Shown piece after piece: positions 1-7,291 of a stretch of 26,370 nucleotides of DNA (within the stretch, counting starts at the first letter, position 1; each line of letters opens with the position of its first letter). Under the pieces are notes generated by a model. It was not told where the DNA came from and ran no database searches. It saw nothing but the letters and a program-made list of their open reading frames with translations. The stretch covers positions 1 to 26,370 of the forward strand of contig JAICKD010000001.1 in assembly GCA_025928125.1 (NCBI GenBank), written 5' to 3'. A program made the translations under genes and the position numbers. The DNA is from Ktedonobacterales bacterium. GTDB taxonomy: Bacteria; Chloroflexota; Ktedonobacteria; Ktedonobacterales; JADMIN01.

Positions 1-88
1 GACCACCTGGTTTGGCCGCTGGGAGCAGCGGCGCGAAGACGTTCCATTCCGCATCGGTGAGATCGCTAGGGTAGACTGGAGTTGCCAT
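1..88 (-). CDS. IS5-family transposase, N-terminal fragment (runs off the left window edge)
   Basis: Manual translation from ATG at 88: MATPVYPSDLTDAEWNVFAPLLPAAKPGG, matching the YPSDLTDxEW...LLPxxKxGGRP start of IS5-family (IS1031/IS427-like) transposases. Not in the ORF track. Confidence 0.88.
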   Translation of the reverse strand, partial: MATPVYPSDLTDAEWNVFAPLLPAAKPGG

Positions 89-124
89 ACCAGGAATGCT
101 CTCCGAACTGTGTTTGACACACTC
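1..124 (-). mobile_element. One end of an IS5-family insertion sequence
   Basis: Transposase 5' end plus a possible terminal sequence GAGTGTGTCAAACA starting near 124 on the minus strand. The partner end is outside the window, so the terminus cannot be confirmed. Confidence 0.5.
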
Positions 125-406
125 ATTTCGGTAGGGTAGCTCCTGGTGGCCCCTTACGTCCTACCCCCTTCTCGTACAGTTTCTAGCCAACTCCAGCATC
201 GCGGCCGGAACTGGGACATTTCGATAAATAAGTTCTTCCTTTGTCGCCTGGCTACTTAAAAGGATCTGGCTATCGGCGACAGTGTAGAGATGTCCAGTGT
301 ACTGCAAGATGGTGGGGGTAATGTCGTGTCTGTCGGAATCCGAAATATAAGATGGATGAGATGAATGGGGATACGGGATACAGTTTGAAAGGTGATTTCT
401 GAGCGT

Positions 407-428
407 GCATGGGTACGCGCATGGGTAC
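407..428. repeat. Direct repeat GCATGGGTAC x2 (407-416, 419-428), possible integrase arm-type site
   Basis: Perfect 10-bp repeat with 12-bp period, about 70 bp beyond the tRNA 3' end in AT-richer DNA. The repeat is seen directly; the function is inferred. Confidence 0.45.
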
Positions 429-500
429 AAGGTTAATTTAGCAGCCATTGTCAGAGGCGATGGAGGACGCAAAGCCAGAATACAAGGCAGGTCGAAAGGG

Positions 501-572
501 AGCCAGCGGTGGGATTTGAACCCACGGCCTGCTGTTTACGAAACAGCTGCTCTGCCCCTGAGCTACGCTGGC
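501..572 (-). tRNA. tRNA-Thr(CGT)
   Basis: Reverse complement GCCAGCG-TA-GCTCAGGGGCAGAGC-A-GCTGT-TTCGTAA-ACAGC-AGGCC-GTGGG-TTCAAAT-CCCAC-CGCTGGC-T folds as a full cloverleaf with anticodon CGT. CCA is not encoded. Confidence 0.97.
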
Positions 573-634
573 GAGGAGGCGCGAATGGTACGCGAAAGGC
601 ATACGAACGATGGGCGCTTGTGGCGACCTCCCGT

Positions 635-664
635 AGTGTATCGTATCGCGGCGGCGCGCGTCAA
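635..664 (-). promoter_or_regulatory. Sigma70-type promoter for tRNA-Thr
   Basis: TTGACG-N18-TACACT, about 60 bp upstream of the tRNA. Confidence 0.65.
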
Positions 665-802
665 GCGCAGGCGCGTTCTCTCATAAATGCGGGGCTGGCT
701 GCCGCGCTTCCCAACCGGGTGTATCATGATGCTCAGGCAACAGTGGTTGCCTGTGTCCTGACGCCCCGGCATGAGCACGGATGGTCAGGGAAGCGAGGGT
801 GA

Positions 803-1309
803 GTGATGGTCCCTGAGGTGTTCTATCAGACGGTTGCGCAGCTTTCGTTTACCCTGCTCGGCCTCTGGTGGCTGGTGCTGCAGACCAAATATAGCGAGTG
901 GATCCATGACCGCCTGCGCCGACGCATGGCTACCAACATCACGCTCTACTTTCTCCTGCCGGGCAGCATGAGCCTGCTGGCGTTGCTGGCCACCGAGAGC
1001 CGCCTGCTCTGGCAGGTCTCCTTCATCATTGCCGCCGTGATTGGGGCAACGACCGCCATCCTCTTCCTGCGCGACGCCCTCGTAAGCCCGTGGCGCAACC
1101 CCATGAGCATTCGAGTCATCTCGCTCGCCTCTGGTCTGGGCGTGGCGCTCTATATCCTCGTCATCGTCGTCGCGCTCGTACCCGACCTCTTCCGCGCGCT
1201 GGGCGCCACGCCGCTGACCGTCGCGGGCATTGGGGTGACGCTGCTGGTGATTGTGGGGGTGACGCTCGCCTGGACCTATTTCGTCGAACCATCCGCGTCC
1301 GCGAAGTGA
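803..1309 (+). CDS. Hypothetical integral membrane protein (about 5 TM segments)
   Basis: 168-aa ORF with several hydrophobic helices (FTLLGLWWLV, YFLLPGSMSL) and host-like codon usage. Confidence 0.8.
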   Translation: MMVPEVFYQTVAQLSFTLLGLWWLVLQTKYSEWIHDRLRRRMATNITLYFLLPGSMSLLALLATESRLLWQVSFIIAAVIGATTAILFLRDALVSPWRNPMSIRVISLASGLGVALYILVIVVALVPDLFRALGATPLTVAGIGVTLLVIVGVTLAWTYFVEPSASAK

Positions 1310-1337
1310 GACAGTGCGCGCCTGCCACTCCTCCGCG

Positions 1338-2102
1338 CTATCCGCCCGTCTCCGCGCTCGCCTCCAACCAGCCGGGGTCTTCCAGCGCGCGGGCCGCCGC
1401 CGCCTGCTCGGCCTGCTGCTTGCTCCGCCCCTCGCCCCGCGCCGCCACGTACGCGCCCACCAGCACCTCGGCCACGAAGCGGCGGTCGTGCGACGGCCCC
1501 TCAGTGCTCACCAGTTGGTAGCGCGGCGTCACGCCCAGTTGTCCCTGCGCCAGCTCCTGCAAGCGCGATTTGGCGTCTTTGATGCTCTGCTGCGCCGTGG
1601 CCCGCGCCAGCGCCGCGTGTAGCTGGGGATCGAGGAATCGCTCCGCCGCCGCCAGCCCGCCATCCAGATAGATCGCGCCCAGCACCGCCTCGAAGGCCGC
1701 GGCGATCACCGACTCGCGGTCGCGCCCGCCCAGCCCGGCCTCGCTCCGGCCCAGCCGCAGATAGGCGCCCAGACCGAGATCGCGGGCGAAGTCCGCCAGC
1801 GTCGTCGTCCGCACCAGCGCCACGCGCAACTGGGTCAGCCGGCCCTCCGGCTCGGTCGGACGCTCGCGGTAGACCATCTCCGCGCTCACCAGCGCCAACA
1901 CCGCGTCGCCGAGGAACTCCAGCCGCTCGTTGGAAACCACGCCGCCGCGCCCCGCCTCGTTGAGATACGAGCGATGCGTCAGCGCGTCCACCAGCAGCGA
2001 CCGCTGGCTGAAGTGATAGCCGAGCGTCGCCTCCAATGGGGCAAGCGGATCATCCCGCGCGGGCGGCTCGCTCTCCTCAGTTGGCCTGCGATCTTTAGCC
2101 AT
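1338..2102 (-). CDS. rnc: Ribonuclease III
   Basis: HRSY, signature NERLEFLGDAVL, FEAVLGAIYLDGG and a C-terminal dsRBD (KSRLQE...GPSH...GEGRSKQQAEQAAA). Start revised to ATG 2102 (MAKDRR), overlapping the selD stop by 8 nt. Confidence 0.97.
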   Translation of the reverse strand: MAKDRRPTEESEPPARDDPLAPLEATLGYHFSQRSLLVDALTHRSYLNEAGRGGVVSNERLEFLGDAVLALVSAEMVYRERPTEPEGRLTQLRVALVRTTTLADFARDLGLGAYLRLGRSEAGLGGRDRESVIAAAFEAVLGAIYLDGGLAAAERFLDPQLHAALARATAQQSIKDAKSRLQELAQGQLGVTPRYQLVSTEGPSHDRRFVAEVLVGAYVAARGEGRSKQQAEQAAAARALEDPGWLEASAETGG

Positions 2103-3180
2103 TGCCTGTTCCTGCCTCCACCACGATTCCCGTGCCTTCCTCGCCCGACGCCGCAACCCGACCGACGACGGCGCCCGTCACGCCCGCCTCAGCCAGCGCC
2201 GCCAGCAGGCCATCCACCGCCTCCGGCGCGACGGCGGTAAAGAGGCCGCCCGATGTCTGTGGGTCATAGAGCAGGGTGCGTGCCACCTCGTCCACCTCGC
2301 CAACCCAGCGGGTATGTGGCTCGATGGCGGCGCGGTTGCGGCCGGTGCCACCCGGCACAAAGCCAGCGGCGGCATACCCGCGCGCGCCCGCCAGCAGCGG
2401 AACGACCCCGGCGAAGATGTGGAAGGCGACGCCGCTCTGCTCGGCCATCTCCCAGCCGTGTCCGAGCAGCCCATAGCCGGTGATGTCGGTGCAGGCGTGC
2501 AGGCTGGTTCCGAGCGCCCGTAGCGCGCGCATGGCCAGGCCATTCAACCGCATCATGCTGGCGATGGCAGTCGCCAGATCGGCCTCATCCGCTTGCTCGG
2601 CCTTGGCGGCGGTGGTAATGACTCCCGTGCCGATAGGCTTCGTGAGCACCAGGCTATCGCCCGCGCGCGCCCCGCCTTTGGTGAAGATGCGCGCCGGATG
2701 CACGAGGCCAATCGCGGCGAGTCCGTACTTTGGCTCGTGGTCGGTGACGGAATGCCCGCCCGCGATCAGCGCACCCGCCTCGCGCACTTTCTCTGCGCCG
2801 CCGCGCAGAATCTCGGTCAGAATCTCGGCGTCGAGATCGTCGGGGAAGCCGACGAGGTTCAGGGCAAAGAGCGGGTCGCCGCCCATGGCGTAGATGTCGC
2901 TGAGGGCGTTGGCGGCGGCGATGGCGCCGAAGGCATAGGGATCGTCCACCACCGGCGGGAAGAAGTCCGTCGTGGCAACGATGGCCTGTTCGTCGTTCAG
3001 GCGATAGACGGCGGCATCATCGGCGTGGCCCAGCCCCACGAGCAAGTCGGTGGCGGCCTCCGCGCCGAATGTCGCGGCGAGCGGACGCAACACGTGCGCC
3101 AGGGCCTCAGGACCCATCTTGGCAGCTCAACCAGCGCAGCTTGCCAGCGTCGTCAGGCGTATCTTTCTGCCGGGCGCCAT
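2095..3180 (-). CDS. selD: Selenide, water dikinase, selenocysteine-containing (Sec18), 361 aa
   Basis: ATG 3180 reads MAPGRKIRLTTLASCAG-TGA(3129-3127)-AAKMGPE in frame with ORF 2095..3117. SelD motifs TTDFF, DDPYAFG, AANALSDIYAMGG, GGHS, DITGYGLLGH, DPQTSGGL. RBS AGGAG precedes 3180. Confidence 0.95.
3096..3126 (-). promoter_or_regulatory. Putative bacterial SECIS hairpin
   Basis: Directly 3' of the UGA: GCUGCCA-AGAU-GGGUC-CUGA-GGCCC-UGGCGC, an upper 5-bp stem (3115-3102) with a G-containing loop and a lower GCCA/UGGC stem. Confidence 0.7.
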
Positions 3181-3196
3181 ACGATCTCCTGATAGG

Positions 3197-3307
3197 TCTC
3201 GGCCATAAATGGCCGGAGTAAGGAACATGAGCCATAAATGGCCATCTCGCGGCTCTGGCGGGCTTTTAAGCCCCTTCGTGCCGTACTCCGGCCTTTCAAG
3301 GCCGAGA
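3197..3307. repeat. REPIN-like inverted-repeat element, copy 1 (111 bp)
   Basis: 24-bp imperfect terminal inverted repeats TCTCGGCCATAAATGGCCGGAGTA (3197-3220) and TACTCCGGCCTTTCAAGGCCGAGA (3284-3307), each holding its own hairpin. The ends recur at 22151-22281. Confidence 0.85.
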
Positions 3308-3317
3308 ATAACCCGCC

Positions 3318-3342
3318 AAAACAACAGTGCATCAGGCACTGT
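3318..3342 (-). terminator. Terminator-like hairpin in the selD upstream region
   Basis: ACAGTGC-CTGAT-GCACTGT (7-bp stem) followed by TGTTTT on the minus strand. Confidence 0.5.
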
Positions 3343-3362
3343 GAACGAGTCAACGTGGTTTG

Positions 3363-3392
3363 ATTGTACGTTTCAAGCGCGAGAGGCGTCAA
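3363..3392 (-). promoter_or_regulatory. Putative sigma70 promoter for selD-rnc
   Basis: TTGACG-N18-TACAAT, the same architecture as the tRNA promoter. Confidence 0.55.
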
Positions 3393-3456
3393 AGCGAACT
3401 ATGGGGGTGACAACAAATGGGGAGGCAAAAACCAGGGGAACAGAGCAGCCACGAGG

Positions 3457-3491
3457 AAAACGATGAACGGGCGAGGAGGCCTCACCCGTTC
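3457..3491 (-). terminator. Putative intrinsic terminator of the 3518..3874 gene
   Basis: GAACGGG-T-GAG-GCCTC-CTC-G-CCCGTTC then ATCGTTTT, starting about 27 nt after the stop codon. Confidence 0.55.
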
Positions 3492-3517
3492 GCTGCGTTG
3501 CTTGCCGTCGAGACAGC

Positions 3518-3874
3518 TTAGATGCTGGCCTCGGGCAGCTCGCCCTCGGTGGCCGTGGCGGACTTGCCATTGAACAAGCCCTTTGGCAGCGCGGCGCTGA
3601 CAGCCTGCGGCGCCTGCGAAATCGCGTTCGAGACAGCGCTCTTGGCGCGCGGATACTGCTCCTGCGCGGTCTGGGCAACCTGGTTGCCAACCTTGCGTGC
3701 GGTGCTGGCGACTGCCTGCGCGGCCTGCTGGCCCTTCTGGCCAATCTGGTTCTCGTTCAGGAAGCGACGAGCCGCCTCGCGGCCGTCCTCACGTGCCAGG
3801 ACGATCCCGATGGTTACTGCCGCAACGCCCAACGCCGCGCCTGCGATCAGGGCAACGAGCTGGCCTCTCTTCAT
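3518..3874 (-). CDS. YtxH-like membrane-anchored small protein (118 aa)
   Basis: Start revised to ATG 3874 (RBS GGAGAGG). One N-terminal TM (LVALIAGAALGVAAVTIGIVL) followed by an Ala/Gln-rich helical region. Confidence 0.7.
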   Translation of the reverse strand: MKRGQLVALIAGAALGVAAVTIGIVLAREDGREAARRFLNENQIGQKGQQAAQAVASTARKVGNQVAQTAQEQYPRAKSAVSNAISQAPQAVSAALPKGLFNGKSATATEGELPEASI

Positions 3875-4138
3875 TTTTGCACCTCTCCCGTTCAAATCGA
3901 TACATCTCATCCATTTCGCGACCGTGTCGCGAACTTGCGCTCTGGGGATCCGCCGAGCGTCTGGCGCGCCTGGAATACGCACGCACTCAGGCTCTACATA
4001 CGCACTGTGCGTGCCATCACACTCTGGCTGCCATTCGCCCAACCGTCACATTCTATAACAAATCAGGCGGTGGCTGCATACTGCTTTAGACGCATTCCGT
4101 AACAGTAGCGTCTCAGTATTCTTCCGAGGCATTCCCGC

Positions 4139-5356
4139 TTACGGCGCCTCAATCGCGTCATCTGGCGCATCGCTCGGCGCATCTTCCGAGCCATCGGCAG
4201 ACGAGTCGGCGGGTGACGAAGGTTGCGAGGGTTGCGATGGCGCGGCCTCTGGGTCGATGCCAGGCACATGCGAGGCCACACGCAGCACCGTCGATTGCTC
4301 CGGCGGCTCTTCTTCTGAATCTACATCTGAATCTACATCCGCTGCCGCCTCAGGTTGCTCCACGGGTTGCGCCTGCTCGGCGGGCGGTGGAGCGGCGCGG
4401 TTCTGCGGCGTCATCACCCATGCGCCCCGGTCGGCGGGCGCCATCGCGGGCGAGCGCTCGCGGCTCCAGCGCAGCGCCTGGGCAAATTCGTTGGCGTCGG
4501 CAAAGCGCTCGCTGGGATCGCGTCGCAGCGCCAGCAGCACGACATCCACTAGCGGCGCGGGGATATCCTCGCGAAAGTGTTCGAGCGGCGCGGGATCGGT
4601 CATCACTCGTTTCGATGCCGCCGCCAGCGGGGTCTCACCCTCGAAGGGCAGCCGCCCGGTGAGTAATTCGTAGAGTACAACGCCGAGCGCATAGAGGTCG
4701 GAGGATGGACCGCCCGGCTCGCCAAGCACCTGCTCCGGCGAGAGATAGTCGGGCGTGCCGAGCACCTGGCCGCTTTCCGTCAGACTGGTGAGATCGCCGC
4801 CCACCTGGCGCGCGATGCCAAAATCGGTCAGCTTGGCCAACAACTCCGAGGCGGCGTCGAGAATCATGACGTTCTGCGGCTTGACATCGCGGTGAACGAC
4901 GCCAAGCGCATGGGCAGCGCTGAGCGCGTCGCAGAGCTGGCCACCCAAGCGCCAGATCCAGTCGAAGGGCAGCGGGCCGCGCCGCCGGACCAGTTCTTTC
5001 AGCGTCGCGCCAAAGACGTATTCCATCGCCAGATAGGGAACCGGCTGCCCACTATTATCCTCCCATGTCACCCGCCCACCCATCGGCAGGGGGATGGTAT
5101 AGCCGTAGTCGAGCAGGCGCACGATATGGCGGTGCGAGAGCGTCGCGGCGAGCCGCGCCTCACGACGGAAGCGCGCCGCCGCCTCGGGAATCAGCGGGCT
5201 GTTGGTGCGCAGCACTTTGACGGCGACGATGCGCTCGGTATGCATGTCGATGCAGCGATAGACCACCGCTGTGCCGCCGAGGCCCACACGCGCCAGGACA
5301 CGATAGCGGTCTGCCAGCGGCGCTATCGCGGCGGTGGCGGCTCCCTTCTGCGTCAT
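4139..5356 (-). CDS. Hanks-type Ser/Thr protein kinase with acidic disordered tail
   Basis: GLGGTAVVY, VAVK, HRDVKPQN, DFG, GTPDYLSPEQ, DLYALG. No TM or PASTA region. Start revised to 5356 (RBS AAGGAG). Confidence 0.95.
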   Translation of the reverse strand: MTQKGAATAAIAPLADRYRVLARVGLGGTAVVYRCIDMHTERIVAVKVLRTNSPLIPEAAARFRREARLAATLSHRHIVRLLDYGYTIPLPMGGRVTWEDNSGQPVPYLAMEYVFGATLKELVRRRGPLPFDWIWRLGGQLCDALSAAHALGVVHRDVKPQNVMILDAASELLAKLTDFGIARQVGGDLTSLTESGQVLGTPDYLSPEQVLGEPGGPSSDLYALGVVLYELLTGRLPFEGETPLAAASKRVMTDPAPLEHFREDIPAPLVDVVLLALRRDPSERFADANEFAQALRWSRERSPAMAPADRGAWVMTPQNRAAPPPAEQAQPVEQPEAAADVDSDVDSEEEPPEQSTVLRVASHVPGIDPEAAPSQPSQPSSPADSSADGSEDAPSDAPDDAIEAP

Positions 5357-5625
5357 CGCTCTGCTCCTTCCCCTTTCGCCCTCTTCTCGCGCCAACGATG
5401 CCGCTGCTTCCAGCGCTTGTCACGGTGTCACGTGAAACCAGCCTGCGCCACGTATTCTATCATAGCCAGCCTTCGGCGAAGGAACGAAACAGACAAACGC
5501 GCCACTGCCTATCCTCAAGGCGCACGCCGCTCAACGGGCGGCGAAGACACGAATGCCCCTCCTATGGTGGAGAGGGGCATCGAAGTAATTGAAGTATCGG
5601 CCTGACAGACCGACGTGCGCACGCT

Positions 5626-6882
5626 TTACCGACCGGGAAGGACGAAGGCGGTGACGGCGATCATCAGGTAGAACGCGAGTAGCTGCACGCCTTCCAGCCA
5701 GGTCGTCTCGCCGTCCAGATTGACAAGCGCATAGACGAACGTCACCAGCCCCACGACGATCAACAGAATCGGATTGAAGACGAGGGTCAGCACGTTACCC
5801 GCGTTGGCGCCCGCCAGAATCGCACTGACGAGGACCAGCACCGGCGTCACGAAGAGCGGCACCTGAACACTAGATCCGGCGGCAACGTTCATCGCGGCAT
5901 CCATATCATTGGCCCAGGAGCCGCGGAATGCCGCGATCAGCTCGCCAAGATTGCAGACTATCGGGAAGAGAATCAGGCCCACCGAGAGCGGCGTCAGCGC
6001 CGACTGCGCGATCACCTCGTCGGTGACGCCGACGATGAGATAGGCCATGAATGCGATGACGGCGGTGAAGAACGCCAGCGCCAGGAATCCGAGCGGCAGC
6101 GCCAGCTGTTTCTCCCGGCGCAGCTCCCGGCGACGAGCGCTCTCGCGGGCGCTCTGCTCGGCCTCCGCCTGTTCCGCCTCCAGACGCTTGCTCGTCTCTT
6201 CCTCGGCTTCGCCTTCTTCTTCGCCTGCGCCCTTCTCTTCGCCCTTCGCCGCTTTCTTACGGCTCACGCGCACTTTTTCACCCCAGCCAAAGGTGCTGGC
6301 GCCTACATACATGATGTAGGTGATGATGAGGATGGCGCTTACCACCAGGCTGGCGGTCTCTTCATTGGCGGCGGAGTGCTCTTTGGCGAAGCCCGCCGCC
6401 AGCGTGGGCAGCGCCAGGCCAACGACGGCAAGGGCGAGCATCGAGGCAAACCCCGCCGCCTGCCCGGCGTCGAACCGCATCCGGCCATTGCGGAGCGCGC
6501 CGAAGAAGACAGAGGAGCCTAACACAAGCAGCACATTATTGATGACCGAACCGATGAGCAGACCACGGATAATGATGAAGTTTGTGTCCAGCAAGGACGC
6601 GCTCTCATGCGCCTTGATCAGCAGGAAGACGCCAATAGCAATCTCAGGGATGTTGCTAAAGGTCGCCTCGATCAGCCCGCGCGATACCTTGCCCAGGTAC
6701 GGCGAAAGCGCTTCGGTGATATCATTGACGGCCTGCGCAAGCGGGATGAGCGCGGCCAGCGCCAGGCCAAAAACCCAGTATTCCAGTTGTCCCGCGTAGC
6801 TCCCTGAGCCGTTGAGATACCATACCACGATGGCCGCCGCCGCCAGCACAATCGAGGCAATAAATGACCACCGAAATTTCAA
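5626..6882 (-). CDS. Ca2+/H+ antiporter-like protein (CAX/CaCA family), divergent motifs
   Basis: Two alpha-repeats (ATFSNIPE...GSVINNVLLVLG; PIVCNLGE...AAGSSVQVPLFVTP), C-terminal TWLEGVQLLAFY and a charged central loop. Confidence 0.88.
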   Translation of the reverse strand: MKFRWSFIASIVLAAAAIVVWYLNGSGSYAGQLEYWVFGLALAALIPLAQAVNDITEALSPYLGKVSRGLIEATFSNIPEIAIGVFLLIKAHESASLLDTNFIIIRGLLIGSVINNVLLVLGSSVFFGALRNGRMRFDAGQAAGFASMLALAVVGLALPTLAAGFAKEHSAANEETASLVVSAILIITYIMYVGASTFGWGEKVRVSRKKAAKGEEKGAGEEEGEAEEETSKRLEAEQAEAEQSARESARRRELRREKQLALPLGFLALAFFTAVIAFMAYLIVGVTDEVIAQSALTPLSVGLILFPIVCNLGELIAAFRGSWANDMDAAMNVAAGSSVQVPLFVTPVLVLVSAILAGANAGNVLTLVFNPILLIVVGLVTFVYALVNLDGETTWLEGVQLLAFYLMIAVTAFVLPGR

Positions 6883-7219
6883 GGCCTTCTCCTCTCCTCC
6901 GCCAGCGCCAGCCCTCTCACACTCTCTACAGCGGGCGGTTGGCCGTGCCAGTTTACCATAGAGTCGTTTGCCTGGGAACAGTCCATTTCTCGTACTCCGC
7001 TTTCGTGGAGAATACGCCCCAGGTAACGCGGCGTGGCGCGGGATGAGCCGCTATCGACGAGGTCAGCGGGGTGTGGAAGGGCGATTCGCGCCAGTGGAAC
7101 GCCTTTTCACTGGCTGCGTTCCCGGCAATGAGAGGCGCCGCGCGCTACGCAATGAATTATGGTAACCTGTTTCCATACCAAGCAATATTAGGCGGTCCAT
7201 GTCACATAGAGGCAGTTCA

Positions 7220-7248
7220 TTGCCACCAAAGCGATTTTGTCGTATCGT
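7220..7248 (+). promoter_or_regulatory. Putative sigma70 promoter for tnpB
   Basis: TTGCCA-N17-TATCGT, ending 43 bp upstream of the ATG; RBS AAGGA at 7281-7285. Confidence 0.5.
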
Positions 7249-7291
7249 GCGAACATGAAACGCCCGGCTCTAGCAATAACAAGGAAACCTG

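Noticed and set aside
161-472. 103-aa minus-strand ORF next to the tRNA
   Set aside because: No recognisable motif or RBS, atypical composition, and it spans the putative att-side repeats.
501-572. tRNA-Sec, given the nearby selD
   Set aside because: The anticodon is CGT, the acceptor stem is 7 bp and the variable arm is short, so it is tRNA-Thr.
3127-3339. 70-aa ORF as a separate gene
   Set aside because: Its last 17 codons are the true SelD N-terminus; the rest runs through the repeat element.
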